Origin: Octopus vulgaris
Taxonomy: Eukaryota
Length of the DNA: 64,000 nucleotides
Direction: 5' to 3'
Assembly (NCBI GenBank): GCA_951406725.2
Contig: OX597820.1
Coordinates: forward strand, 48,422,001 to 48,486,000
Position numbers and translations under genes: made by a program. Under the pieces are notes generated by a model. It did no database searches and was not told the origin of the DNA. It was given only the letters and a program-made list of their open reading frames with translations. Shown here piece by piece: positions 1-15,186 of the stretch (its first letter is position 1; every line of letters starts with the position of its first letter).

Positions 1-129
1 AATCATTCTCATATACGCGCAGACACACAATCATATATAAATGAGTACATATGTTAATGTGTATGTAAGAGTGTGTTTCTCTGTTTGTGTACGGATATCC
101 AATGCCTTTTAGGTCTGTGTATATATATG

Positions 130-191
<62 letters not shown>

Positions 192-627
192 GTACAAGTA
201 CTATATGTAAGTTTATCTTCAAGTATGTATTGTAGTCTCATTCATTTAATTAAGTTTCTTTCACCCATATTTTCCGTGTCGCTTGGAACAATTAATTTCC
301 AAAATTTATAATAAATGCCTTTTGCTTCTCACCGTCTGATCTGCTGGATATGAAATTTAAACGTTGGTAGATGTAACAGATTTGCGTGCTTAAATATGAG
401 AATTTCAATTTTAAGCGCTAGTATTATATGTTTGAATCTCAAAACGCTTATTCCATTTATGAGATCCATATGTCTTTTTTGTGTTCCTTTTAACACTTCA
501 CTACCGTAAGAAAAACGATTCTTCGATCATAAGTGTGTAGATCATCACCCTTTTCGGTTTTAATATATAAGCAGAGAGTTATAAAACGATATCAATCTAA
601 TATCATCGTCTTTAATTTAAAAGGCTC

Positions 628-703
<76 letters not shown>

Positions 704-749
704 GTCTATCTATCTGTCTGTCTGTCTATCTGTATGTATGTCTGTCTGT

Positions 750-794
<45 letters not shown>

Positions 795-867
795 CCTATC
801 TATCATTTATTCTTTTGTCTATAAATCTCTCTCTCTCTCGCTCTCTCACTGTCTCTCTCTCTCACTG

Positions 868-898
<31 letters not shown>

Positions 899-1584
899 AT
901 GTATATATATACACACGCAGACACGTATATATATGCATATATATGTATTTGTGTGTGTGTATATATATATAAAAATATAAATGCATTTATATAAATATGC
1001 ATGTAACTTTGTATAAGCATGCACATGCGTTCACACGTCTCAGCTACATATTTAGTATCTCTTAAACATGCGAAATGACACGAGAAAAATACAACATAAA
1101 AATAAAATAATACAAATAATAAACAAGAAAAAAATCTACTGCCAGTAGATAAACGCAAAAGAAAGCATATATCATACATAACAAAACTTACAAGATTGAA
1201 AGCAATAACTATAAAAACCACTGAGACATCTTAAATAACATTTTACAAGAAAAATACTAAAAACAACTTTGAAAACAGGAACAGACCACTAATGAATAAA
1301 AAGAAAGTTGCTAATATGACGTGACTTTTTGCAACCGCAAAACATATCTTTACGTATTCTCGCTCACTCTTTCCTTCTCATTCCTTACCCCTTTTTTTAT
1401 GATACATTCCTCCATGGGGCTGACTTGTCTAACAATAAGTGTTCATCTCTCCGCTTTCGTTATTCGCACTCACCCGCAAATACGCGCTCATAAATATAAA
1501 TATACCGTGATAGACTTATACACATGCGGCCACTCGTACACATGCATGCAAACACTTTTAGTCATATATATGAATGCGTGCTTG

Positions 1585-1645
<61 letters not shown>

Positions 1646-1750
1646 ACACATATATATAAATATACATATATATACAAATATATATGGGCATATCTCTCTC
1701 TCTCTCTCTCTCACTCTCTGTATATATATAACTCTCTCTCTCCCTCTCTA

Positions 1751-1800
<50 letters not shown>

Positions 1801-1901
1801 ATTAGTGGTTGAGAGAGGCGAAGCAGTATAGGCAAGTGTATCAACAATACACCCATAAAAACAAGATTGACTGGATCAATAATAACAACAACAACAAAAG
1901 C

Positions 1902-1958
<57 letters not shown>

Positions 1959-2307
1959 TCCTGATTATGTTTTACGACCAAAAATCTCGAGCTGGGCTAT
2001 CAGTCAGGTCGTAAAAATATAGCTTTGCCCCCCAGAATAATTACAACACACACGTAAAATTGAAAATACCGTCCAGACATAAAACCTTTAGTCTATATGA
2101 TGTTAAAATGTTGTTTGCTTGTTTGACATTGCTAGCGCATACTTAGATACATACGTACCTACATGCATTTAATCATATACATTTATAGATACTTGCTTAA
2201 ATAAATACACTGCGGCGCACACATTTCTACGGCCGTTTAAATCAAATGGGTTTCCATACTTTTCGACGATAAATATTCCAGTTTCTCGATGAAGTAAAGT
2301 GCTTATT

Positions 2308-2382
2308 TATTCTTTTGTACGGCCCGAAATTTTGGGGGAGGGAGCCAGTTGATTAGATCGACCCAGTACGCAACTGGTACTT
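2308..2382 (-). mobile_element. 3' fragment of the same SINE family
   Basis: Reverse complement matches 16452-16512 (TACCAGTTGCGTACTGGG..AATTTCGGGCC). Confidence 0.8.
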
Positions 2383-2399
2383 TCAATCTTTCTTTTGAT

Positions 2400-4480
2400 T
2401 TTCCCTTCATATATCTCATTTTCTAATGACGTATAAGGTGTCTATCCAATTTAATCTCCTTATTGTAATATATAAGTTTGGTAAATGTTTCTTCCTCATT
2501 GCCAGTGATTTTTCCTGTTTTTTCATTTCATTTTCATTCAATACGGTATTCCTATGTCATTTAGTGTTGCTACAAGTGTAGTTACAATGCTTTGTATTTC
2601 ATAACCATTAGACATTTGAGTGCCAATGTCGTCTGCATTTCTAACATGGATGATTTTCTTACATTCTATTGATACTCCTGGCATGCCTTCTATTTCTTTG
2701 ATGATCTTGTCTGTGATTAAGTTAAGTACGCTAAAAGATAGTAAACTGACTTGCCTGAATTCCTTCTTAGTATGAAGTTTTGCATTTCTTTTTATGGTTC
2801 TGTGTTTTCCACTTCATTTTACATTCAGCATAATTTTGACATTATTTGGAGTCTTTGTTTAATCACATATCTTGATTTCTAGAAGATCATTTTTCAAGGT
2901 ATATTTTATCGACAGCCTTGTTTGTTCATTTGTGCTTGCTTTAATTATTCCATTATCTATTTAACTTAGGATTGAGGTATTGTGACAGTCTTGGAATTCT
3001 GTTTTCCCTGGTAAAGAAACATAGATCGATTGCTTCCTCGAGGACATCGCAGTGGTCAGACTAATACATTACTTTACCAATGTCTATTATTAGACGTATG
3101 TTGTTATCAAATATGTTTAATGCTTTTGTTAGTATTTATTTTGTACGAGTTGCCTTTCGATGTTTCTTTGACTTCGTTACTTTTCTACTTCTTATTAAGC
3201 TTTTGGTTCCATTAGCAAATTCCAAATTAGGCACAAGTTTTCTGTGATAATCACCATACGGCTCTTTTATGTATCCAACCAACACAGGAGCAATCTGCTC
3301 ATCGTTAATATTTCCTTGATTTTGTTATTTGTTTATTCATGAATTTGCCACTTGTGATCTCATTAATTTTATCATATATGTATTTAGATTTATTAAATTT
3401 TGCCATTTTTTTGGCATTGATCGCCAAACCATTTAGTTTTAGCTTTTCCAACTTTCAGTAAAGATCTCTATACTTGGAGAACTCTGTCTATCCCCAACGG
3501 TATCATATTTCTGTCTTCCTTCCATTTTTGATAGAATTTCATTTGTCGAGGAGTTTTACTCTCCTTTTCCCCCTTTTAGGCAATGCTTTCATTAATTATG
3601 TTTGCACGCAAGTTTTAATTGCGTTCTATTTATCTTCCATTTGTTGTTTATTAAAAGCTTCCTCTATTTCTTCTTCATTATATAAATATCCATTCTTGTT
3701 CCTTATTTATACATTCTACATAGCTTGTATTCTGTCAGTTGTAGCTTGTTCAGTTTAATTGTTCTCATCTTTTAACCATTTTCAGTTTCTTTAGTTTGAT
3801 GTACAGTTTAATTAATTGATATCTGCTCCAGGGCATATTTTGCAAATTTCACTCAATATCCTAATTGTTGGTTTATCATTACATAGTCTATTTCATTTCA
3901 TGGTATGTTACATAATATTCTTTGTGCTTCCTAAAATAGAAAGTAGATGTCTACCAAAATATTTCTTTGACAAAAACGGATCAGACGGTCTCTATTTTCA
4001 TTTCTTTCATGTAATCTATATCGAAAATTATTATGATCGGTGTTTTCTCTGCCTACATATGCGTTAAAATCACTTATGAATTTGGATCATTCGGGTTTTG
4101 TTTTCTTATATTCTCAATATGTTGGTACAATTTTTTTCAAGCTCATCATCACTATGTAATGATATACAAATATATAAGTGAATGATGTTGATATTGAAAA
4201 GTTTTCCATGGTGTTACGTCGTTTTTATCACTGTATCCGATATTGTCAAATACTCAATTAATGGTTTTCTATGGTAGCTTCCTTTTAATTCCCAAGCCTT
4301 TTGTATGCCGTTTACCACCAGAATACAGCATTGAATGATTATCTCATACAATTTAACCATTATCTCTCCACAGAGTTTTCGATATTTCCATGATGAGTAT
4401 ACTAATTATTTGAGAGCGTGTGTGTATGCCACTATTTCCCGGTTGATATAAATTTGCTCATGTATACCAAATACATAGAC
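2400..4480 (-). mobile_element. Highly decayed RTE-type LINE (APE endonuclease and start of RT)
   Basis: Residual motifs ISKTLWRDNG (~4370), KICPGADIN (~3830; compare YPGADxxSDH), FRQVSLLS (~2750). A-rich coding-strand bias. Confidence 0.55.
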
Positions 4481-5128
4481 AGAAAATGTTATTCCGAGTT
4501 ATAAGAACAGCTCATATTTATAAGAACTATCAGACAGTAATATCCCATAAGTATATAGAATATAATCAACGTTAGCTGCCTTCTCAACGAGGAATTCATT
4601 TCTTTACTTAAATGTTATACCCTCAGTCAGCTGCAACACATCCAGGGCCGCCATCGTCTTGCTTATAGCTCCTTATGCAATTCATATTTAATATGCACAC
4701 ACACGTATGCACACAGAATTGCACACGCACACACAACACAAACATGACGAATGCACGTATATACACAAGGAGTCACACTATACACAAAGCAGAGTGTGTA
4801 TATTATATAGGAAACGAACACTTTCTGAAATGTTAACTTCACATACATAAGCTCGATGTCATGAGAATATAATATGCTTGTGTACATGCTTACAGAAATG
4901 CATTAAACGTTTTGCGTAAGTCAATTGAACACAAGGATCTTTGAGACATCTTCTAACGTTAATCGGTTACCAATCATATCTAACAATAAACGTGATTTCT
5001 GTTTTGATTATGGTTCTGCCTTTATTTTTTTTTATGTTTCTGTCTTTCTTGCACGCTGCTTCTCTGAATTGACCCTTTGAGTAAATCAGCAACATAAAGC
5101 TCAAGGAAAAGACTTTGGAATATTCAGG

Positions 5129-5160
5129 TGCTGCTGCAGCAGTAGTAACTACTGCTGCTG

Positions 5161-5234
<74 letters not shown>

Positions 5235-5322
5235 GCCGCCGCCGCCACCACCACCACCACCACCACCACCACCGCCACCACCACCACCACTACTACAACT
5301 ACTACTACTACTACTACTACTG

Positions 5323-5372
<50 letters not shown>

Positions 5373-5432
5373 GCTGCTGCTGCTACTACTACAACTACAA
5401 CAACTACTACTACTACTGCTGCTGCTGCTACT

Positions 5433-5474
<42 letters not shown>
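5129..5474. repeat. Compound trinucleotide microsatellite (CTA/CCA/CTG)n
   Basis: Read directly. Confidence 0.95.
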
Positions 5475-5714
5475 TAAGCGGCAGCGGAAGTAATAATAAT
5501 GATAAAATGTAGTAACATTGATATGTACGTGCTAGTTTACATGCATTTTCTGTGCTTACGCATGCAGACCCATTTATATGTATCTATATGTGTTTATTAT
5601 TATATAAATTAACTCTGAAAATACATAATCATAAAACGTAAGCTATTAACAAGTAGTGGACAGATTCTGTAGATTTTATTTACAGCATATATATCTCTAG
5701 GGAGGATTTGGTCG

Positions 5715-5750
<36 letters not shown>

Positions 5751-6673
5751 GCACAGACACACACACACACATAAATAAACATATGTATGTATATATATAT
5801 ATATGAACACACATATACATAGTTATCTATCAATGCATGTACTCATTTTATGTATATACGTGTGTAAATTTGTATATATTTTTTAAATGTGTGTGTTTGT
5901 TTGCGCGCGTTTATACCGAATACTGATAAACATTTCTTGGCATATGAATATGTATATCTTTACACACGAACACGATATATACTTATATATACATATTAAT
6001 ACACACACAGAGATATGATACACACACACACACACACACACATATTAACACATACATATACGGTGTCCATTATAAGATAAAGGAAATGTAGATGAGCAAA
6101 GCTGGGAAATCACAACACCCTCCCATTATTTAAGATAAATAATACCCACAAGAATGACGGTTAGTTAAAGCATAATGGTCCCCTGGACACACACATACAC
6201 ACACTAATACGCAGACGCCCATGCACATTCTCATATACACGCGCACACTAAAGAACGACATAAATATAAACTTTATTCAAAACAATATCAATACAAGAAC
6301 GCTTTCATAAATTTTGTAAAACCATGGTACCTATCTGTGTATCAAGAAGGGATATTAGCTACTTTAGCAATTACAACAACTGTATCTCATAAAGTATCAA
6401 ACTGCAACAGTTGTTAACAATAAAAGCGGCAAGAATTACAAGGGAATCTGGTTCTTAATAACAACTACAACGTTAATGTTAATTATAACGACTATTACTA
6501 CAACAATATGGCAATTTATATTTTCCGTCACCAAGACAACAATAGAATATGGAGAAAAAAATCTAGAACAAAACAAAACAAAACAAAGCAAAAACAAAAA
6601 CTCCACCGAAAATAAAGTACTACATAAGGTAGTGTAATAGCTTGTAATGACTAGATGACTAGGAGAGTAGAAG

Positions 6674-6711
6674 GTGAAGATGATGATGATGATGGTGACG
6701 ATGATGATGAC

Positions 6712-6749
<38 letters not shown>

Positions 6750-6811
6750 CGACGACGATGATGATGATGATGATGATGATGACGATGATGATGATATACG
6801 ACGACGACGAC

Positions 6812-6849
<38 letters not shown>

Positions 6850-6897
6850 CGATGATGATTATGATAGTGGTGGTGTTGATGCTGCTGGTGATGGTAG

Positions 6898-6932
<35 letters not shown>

Positions 6933-6969
6933 ATGATAGTGGTGGTGTTGATGCTGCTGGTGATGGTAG

Positions 6970-7006
<37 letters not shown>

Positions 7007-7200
7007 GCAAAAGCAGAAGAAGAAGAAGAAGAAGAAGAAGAAGAAGAAGAAGAAGAAGAAGAAGAAGAAGCAAGGGAAAGAGATATAATGATAAAATTAA
7101 GAACAAGGAGATGGAGGAGGAGAAACAGAAGAAGAGAAAGAGATGGAGAAGTAAATAAAGAGGAAGAGAAAAGGAAAAGAAGAAGAAGAAGCAGAAGAAG

Positions 7201-7232
<32 letters not shown>

Positions 7233-7248
7233 GAAGAAGAAGTAGAAG

Positions 7249-7280
<32 letters not shown>

Positions 7281-7291
7281 GAAGAGGAAGT

Positions 7292-7322
<31 letters not shown>

Positions 7323-7424
7323 GAAGAAGAAGTAGAAGTAGAAGAAGTAGAAGAAGAAGTAGAAGAAGAAGTAGAAGAAGTAGAAGAAGAAGAAGAAGAA
7401 GAAGAAGAAGAAGAAGAAGAAGAA
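6674..7424. repeat. Compound (GAT)n then (GAA)n microsatellite with an internal ~70-bp duplicated block
   Basis: Read directly; GATTATGATAGTGGTGGTGTTGATGCTGCTGGTGATGGTAGT occurs twice. Confidence 0.95.
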
Positions 7425-7591
7425 CTTTGCAAAGTTAATAGAAAATGAAGAGGGGGTACGTGTTGAAGAGAAAAAGAAAAAAAATGAACGCACTAGAAAT
7501 AGAAGAACAAGAAAAAGAATGGAGATGAAGTAGTACAACAAAGCCAACAAGACGGACGGTTAAACTAGTAGAAAAAGAAAAGATATGCGAA

Positions 7592-7640
<49 letters not shown>

Positions 7641-7912
7641 GTGGAAATAAAGAAGAAAAGAAAGAGAAAGGCAGGAGTGGAATGAAAAGTAAATGGCGGA
7701 TAAAAACAATAATAACGAAAGCTATGGTATCAAGGAAAATAATTACAACGAACTATTAACTCACCTACAACAGTCATAACGATAAAAACAACATTAAATA
7801 GAGAAAAACGTTATTAGAAAACAACATGAATACAAAAATGACCAACAACTATACAAGAAGAAGAATAAAAGTAATGTCGATAAGATGAAAAAATAGCAAG
7901 CACAAGAACAGC

Positions 7913-8334
<422 letters not shown>

Positions 8335-8681
8335 CCAAGATGGAGACAATAATAGTTGGTTTCATATTGGTTGTACTGTTAAAGACATTAAACGCCATAT
8401 TTAAGACAAACGTAGAAGTAGCTAACTTACAACAATAATAATCTATGTGGACAACAGGAACGATAACAACAACTAGAACAACAGCAACTACAACAACAAT
8501 GCAAACTACAGCAATTCGGTGTCTTAGCTGGTTTTCTGTGTGTATTAACTTTGAAACCCCATGTTTAAGACAAACCGGAAATGTGATATTATCATCATGC
8601 CTGTATTATCCACGCTTCACTTTAATAGTTTTTTTGTTGTTCATATAACGTATCGAATATACATCTATATATGTATATAAG

Positions 8682-8761
<80 letters not shown>

Positions 8762-9358
8762 GTGTATGTGTGTATGTGTGTATGATTATATGTATATATA
8801 TATATATGCACAGACACACACATACATATATATTTATAGACACATATATATGTGTGTATATGTAAATAAATAAATAAATATATATATATATTATATATAT
8901 GTATGCATGCAATATATATATATATATATATATATGTATATGTATATATGTGTGTGCGTGTGTTAGTCTGTGTGTATGTGTGTGTATGCATGTCTGTGTG
9001 TGTGCGTTGCATCCTCAGATTGAGTATGCACGCTCTAGTATATATATATATCTGTATAGATACATATACTTGCATAAGCATAGAACAACACATCCATATA
9101 TCCGAACGTATATACGAGCGACGATATAAATAACTGTATATACTTATTATTGGCTATTTGGACAACCCACGTGTTGTTTTGTGGTTAACGAGTTCACTTC
9201 TCTATCACGTGCTATTTCATTCTATTCAAGTTAATGGCACTTTGGGTCTTTGTTTTCGAGATAGCTTCCACTTGACTATTGACTAACAAATAAGATCCCG
9301 GAGTATAGAAAATGCAAAAGATCGATGTTTCTGTGTAGACATGTGTATGCACGTTTGT

Positions 9359-9389
<31 letters not shown>

Positions 9390-10638
9390 CATCTATGTTT
9401 GTATGTGTATGCATACATGTATATAAATATGTATATGCATACGTTACACATGCACAAGTTCACATACGTCAGAGTCACTTGCCCCTATTCGCACATACAG
9501 ACTTACACACTCACACACACATACACACGCGCACTTACCATTGTTGTCTTGTTGGGATCACTAACATTAATTTTATCCCTCTTTCATTTAACGTATTTTA
9601 TATTATTATCTCCCTTTCTTTCAATCTCTTTTTCCAATCATTTGCCTTGTTGGCCCGCTGAACTCTCCACGTTTTATTTTTACCTCTCTCTGTTTATTTT
9701 CTAATATACCTTTCTGTTGAAGAGCCTAGGCTCGAATCATGAAAGACTTTTTCATTTTTCTTGAGCGTCAAACTAAATACTCTTGCTTGTTTTTCATACA
9801 TCTGTCTTAGACATTTGTTTTTCTATAAATTTCAGCTATATACTAAACGCTCACGTAGTTACCCCAGTTTGAACCTGACTGAACTTCCTACTCTTTGGAC
9901 TTTCATATATATATGTACGTATAAGTTTACATGTATAATATTTCTTTTCACATACAGATTTAAATTGAAAAACTGCATATACCATACTGAAGAGTTTTAA
10001 GAGATGTGACTATAATAAAAATATTTTACTGCTGCCACTATATTTTCTCGTCAAGATGTTCTGCCTTAGAACTTTAGCAAATTGGTAAAAAAAATATATG
10101 TTGATACGTTGTTCTGAATCATATATCAATCCCAGAAATCTTTTGAGAATTATAACTTTCTATCTGATTTGAAAGCAGTCGAGAACTTTTTGTTTTTGTG
10201 TGTCCATTTTCATCTGTTAACAAATATGAAAAGGAATTCCATCAAGCTATCAAGTAGATTTATGCGCTCAGTTCTTAGTAAGAGATCATCTCACCGACGA
10301 GCGAATGAAATTCCCACAGCAGAGTGTCTGTGATTAAAGAAGAAATAAATGGTGAATTAAAAATTTAACCATTGAAAATATATAACGAGAATGCAATACA
10401 ATATTTTGAAATTGTTTTATTAAGAAATGGGAGAACTATATAGGACATCATCATAATCCAAAGAACGCAGAAGTGCAAATGAAAAATGTGTGAACCTGTC
10501 TTCGTCTTTGTTTTTTCTTTTTGCAAATTTTCTCAATTTATACATATATATATATATATATATAATATAAATCATATATATATATATATATGCATATATA
10601 CATGCGTATATGTACATACATCTATAACCTGTTGCCTG

Positions 10639-10689
<51 letters not shown>

Positions 10690-11023
10690 TATACATATAT
10701 ATATATGAATAAAAAAGGCAGGCAACAGGTTGCTTAGCCACATACCGAGAAAAGACTGTTTATTTCAATTTTCTACAAATAAGACTCCACATACGACATA
10801 TCCCTGCAATTCACAAATGCAAAACAGAAGGAAGAAATAACGAAAACAAAGTCTAACAGTTATTTACGAACGCGTTTTATTTATATACAAAATATATATT
10901 GAACTTTTGTAGAAGTTCCTACCGTTAATGTTTATATTTACATGCCGAAATCTACCAGTAAATAATTGTTGGATTTTTAAAAACCATTAAAGCTATTGTT
11001 TACTCTTATGACGTATGTATGTG

Positions 11024-11071
<48 letters not shown>

Positions 11072-11623
11072 TTTGTGGGTACAGGACATAATGAATCGTG
11101 TACAACAAAAACTACGAAGCACGAGTACATGGAACCTGAACTATTCTTTCGAACAACGAAAGACACAAATGGAAAACGAAAAAACAACATAAAGAACGAA
11201 CCTTCATCAGTAGTTTTTAGCTGTTTTTCTAGTCTCGTATTTTGAGCATATAACAATAATATACGCTTTCGATAAAACAGTTTCTCCCGCATAGGAATTG
11301 AAATGAAATTTACTATTTTGCGGGTGATGCAGTGAAAATTGGTAACACAAATAAACATTATTATTATCATTATTATTATTAATCTATGTTTGACTTTTGC
11401 TTTATGTCTGTACAAGTTTGCTCCAAGTCTCACCCATAGTCCTAAAGAGACAACAGGTTGAAAGTTCACGTTTTTGTTATGCCTAGTGTGCCATATATTT
11501 GGTTATTTTCTTGGTGTTGTACTAGTGAATGTCTAAAAAATAAATTTAAAAAAAAAGTTTGTTTTAAACCTTGGGATTACATAGAGAGTATTTTGCGTAG
11601 GATATGAGCAGTTCCCATGAGCA

Positions 11624-11686
<63 letters not shown>

Positions 11687-11790
11687 CATTCGGAGGGTTC
11701 TTGAAGCATAACAAGTAAACAAGTATCACCGTAGTCTGCTGGCTAGGAACAGCTGAAACTTTCGATCATACCTGGCAAAAAAATACGCTG

Positions 11791-11875
<85 letters not shown>

Positions 11876-11879
11876 TGAT

Positions 11880-11925
<46 letters not shown>

Positions 11926-11933
11926 TAGAACTG

Positions 11934-11967
<34 letters not shown>

Positions 11968-12113
11968 GAGAGAAAAGATAGATTGGTAGAATGACAGATA
12001 TAGATAATTATAAGATAGACGAGCACATGTCTATATGGATGTGTTCGTCTCTCTCCCTCTCCCTTTTTTCCATTCTTTCTCCCTTCCATTCTCTCCCCAT
12101 CTCTATCTCCCTC

Positions 12114-12145
<32 letters not shown>

Positions 12146-12322
12146 CCGATAGAATAAGTACTAGGCTTACAAAGAATAAGTCCTGGGGTCGATTTATTCG
12201 GCTAAAACCCTTTAAAGTGGTGGTCAAGCATGGCCGCTGTCAAGTGAAAACAGGTATAACAAGTATAGGAATAAAGAATGTACATATCTAGACGCACAGA
12301 CACACAGACACACACACACACA

Positions 12323-12391
<69 letters not shown>

Positions 12392-12916
12392 GTATATACA
12401 TATATACACGCGCACACACACCTTTACGTATAGATATGCATTAATATAATCGTGCTTGTACGGATTAGGCCTTTCGCTGTCTAATAAAATCCACGATCGC
12501 GAAATCTACAGACGATGGAAATGAACAATTTGGCAACTTGCTTCCATTGTCCGTTTACATCGCTGAAATTCGTCTCTCCCAGCATTTTGTCAATACCACC
12601 TTTGCCCACTGGATGACCCTCTGAGACCATTAATCTATCTGCTGCTTGTCACATCTTCACCTAGATTCTAGGTCCTAGAACGCCATGCGAAGTGGCTGTC
12701 GCTGCTATAGCTCCTGCACATTTCCATATTTACTACTAACTTTTATATCCCAATGCGTTATGTCATCCCATTGACAACCAATGAGCTAATCTCTGCGTAC
12801 GAGTTATCTGTTCCTTATCATACATATATTCTTACATGCTTGCACCTTGCATATATGAATACATATGCATTCATACATAGATTCATACACATAGACACGC
12901 ACACACATATATATAT

Positions 12917-12970
<54 letters not shown>

Positions 12971-13019
12971 TGCGGTGGACAGCATGATCGCAGTCCACTA
13001 ATTAGAACTAGTAAAATTG

Positions 13020-13051
<32 letters not shown>

Positions 13052-13069
13052 CATATATATATGTGTATT

Positions 13070-13212
13070 TTGGGCTGTGTCCCTTTCTGTAGAACAGCGT
13101 AGGCTCGAAACGTAAAATGCTTTTTCTATTCCTGAGGGGTATACTAATACATCTCTTTGCTTTGTACACCACCTGTGATCGTCTTTTGTTTTTTTCGTAA
13201 ACTCTCCCTATA
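13070..13212 (+). repeat. Dispersed ~150-bp repeat (pLTR-like) embedded in TA tracts; other copies at 50924-51085 (-) and 9705-9840 (+)
   Basis: 13070 and 50924 copies share CCTTTCTGTAGAA.AGCGTAGGCTCGAAACGTAAAA..TTTCTATTCCTGAG..ATACTAAT.CATC..ACCTGT..TCGTCTTTTGTTTTTTT. The 9705 copy is more diverged. Confidence 0.85.
13084..13117 (+). ncRNA. Hammerhead-like motif with CUGUAGA core (same family as 51017)
   Basis: UUU-CUGUAGA-A-CAGC GUAG GCUC-GAAA-CG-UA-AAA, one helix II mismatch. Confidence 0.45.
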
Positions 13213-13516
13213 TACATACATACGTATATATATTTTACTAGGTTCATTTAGATGACTGCAATCTTGCTGGGCATCGCCTTTATGGGTTTTAGTCGATTGA
13301 GTTCACCTAGAAATTTAGTTTACTGCTTTGTTAAACCTGGTACGCGTAACATCAGTTCTTCTCAGTAAATTGCTAACTTACATTTACGTAAACAAATCAA
13401 CACCATTTGTCAAGCGGCAGTTGAGGACAAGTAGAAACACAAAGACACGCGCGCATGCACACACATACATACACACACATATATATATACATACATGCAA
13501 ATACGCACATACACAC

Positions 13517-13565
<49 letters not shown>

Positions 13566-13576
13566 TATATATATAT

Positions 13577-15095
13577 TAGGTTGATGCAAAATAACTTATC
13601 ATTTCAAAAACTTGAAGGCATCCTCTAATTTTATTTGATTTAGTGCAAAAACTCAACATGCAATATTTCCGCACAATTGAAGACTTTTTAGAGGTTGCCA
13701 CCATCCACTGAACCTTTTGTATATTGTTATTTTTCAGTTAGTATTTATTGAACATTTCTGTCTGCTGGCCCCCTTCTACTGGCCCTGATATACAATTGTT
13801 TAAGAGATTCAAAGCAAAGTGGGTGGAAATTGGTAAGAACAATAACCAAACAGCAACAGATGACCCTGACATTGTAGAGGAAATCTCAGATGCTGAAGAA
13901 ATCATTCAATTTGCTCATGCTCAGTTTGATGAACAGCAACCTCGTGATAAATGTAAGGAATTGCTCGAGCTAACGCTCATTTTCCTCGGTAGTACCCCCA
14001 AGTCAGGAATCAGCTTTAAATCACCCGGAGCTTAATACAGAGCACGATGTATGACCAAGCTCATTTACCGTATTAAAATTTGGATGTTTAAATCTGAGAG
14101 GAAAAAGGAGTGAGAGAGGTTTGCTTCTTTTCAGCCTCGATATACATCAGATCGTGGTACCTGGTAACCATACGCTTGTGCGCCCTCTGTTCAGATATGC
14201 TTTTTATACAAAGTCTGAAGCTATACAAGCAATACGATGACACTGAATAAGTTTTTAAGACATTTGTGGCAACATTCTGAGGAACATGTGACGCTTGCAT
14301 TTTTTGATTCGGGTGTTTCACGTGAGACAAAAAACAAAATGAAGCATGCTCTGCAGAAACCAGTTGACTCAAAACCAAGCAAACGAGCATCGATAAATCC
14401 TGAATCAGTTGGCCAGAAACAACTTCAAGATTTCGTTACTATCAAAAAAAAAAAAAAGATTCTTTGAAATCCTAGAGGCGCCTTGCACTTTTCTTGATAA
14501 CGATGCTGAAGAATAAAATGATGATGAAAGTTATGTGAATGCAAGAGATATCGCATATGGATTCAAAGTGATAAACGACATTGTGGAAAGAGGTGTACGA
14601 CTGATGGAGGAATACAACAAACTGATAACCAATGATGGAGAACAGAAATAATACTTTCTTCAAATTGTTAAAAATCACAGGTCGTCACTCTCAAATAAAA
14701 GCAAGAAAACGTTACTCTTGCTCCAGAAAAAAACAAAAAATAAACTTACATACGTGTTTATGATATGCCTACTGGGGAAACTTCCACATAATAAAAGGTT
14801 AACGGGCTATACGCTGTACCTCACTAAATACAATAGCCTAGAATGTCATCGATTTTTTTCAAACTAGGTTAACTAGATACATATGAAGCCGGTTCAGGCG
14901 AAAATATCAACAAGACAATATTTTTGAGCACAAACTGATATATATTTATTTTTAAAGCTTGGTAGCAACCTTTAATTTTCTCCTTTGCAACCCCAAATTT
15001 CGTATACAATGTTTTCTTAGGAATATGAACAAAGTAGGAGGGTGTCTCCCTGAGAAGTGAAAAAAAATTTTTTTGACCCCTATTTTGCATCACCG

Positions 15096-15097
<2 letters not shown>
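13577..15097 (+). mobile_element. Internally deleted hAT-superfamily (probably hATm-like) DNA transposon with decayed transposase
   Basis: TIRs TAGGTTGATGCAAAATA / TATTTTGCATCACCGTA. Residual motifs STGPDIQLFKRF, QPRD..ELLELTLIFLG, PGA*YRARCM, FLRHLW, KVINDIVERGV. Subgroup assigned from memory of these motifs. Confidence 0.75.

Positions 15098-15186
<89 letters not shown>

Noticed and set aside
6651-7550. Long acidic/Arg-rich or His/Ser-rich ORFs (254-299 aa)
   Set aside because: Pure (GAT)n/(GAA)n repeats, open in several frames on both strands.
11200-11212. CTGATGAAG on the minus strand as a hammerhead (also CTGATGAAAC near 42160)
   Set aside because: No helix II followed by GAAA-UH could be built.
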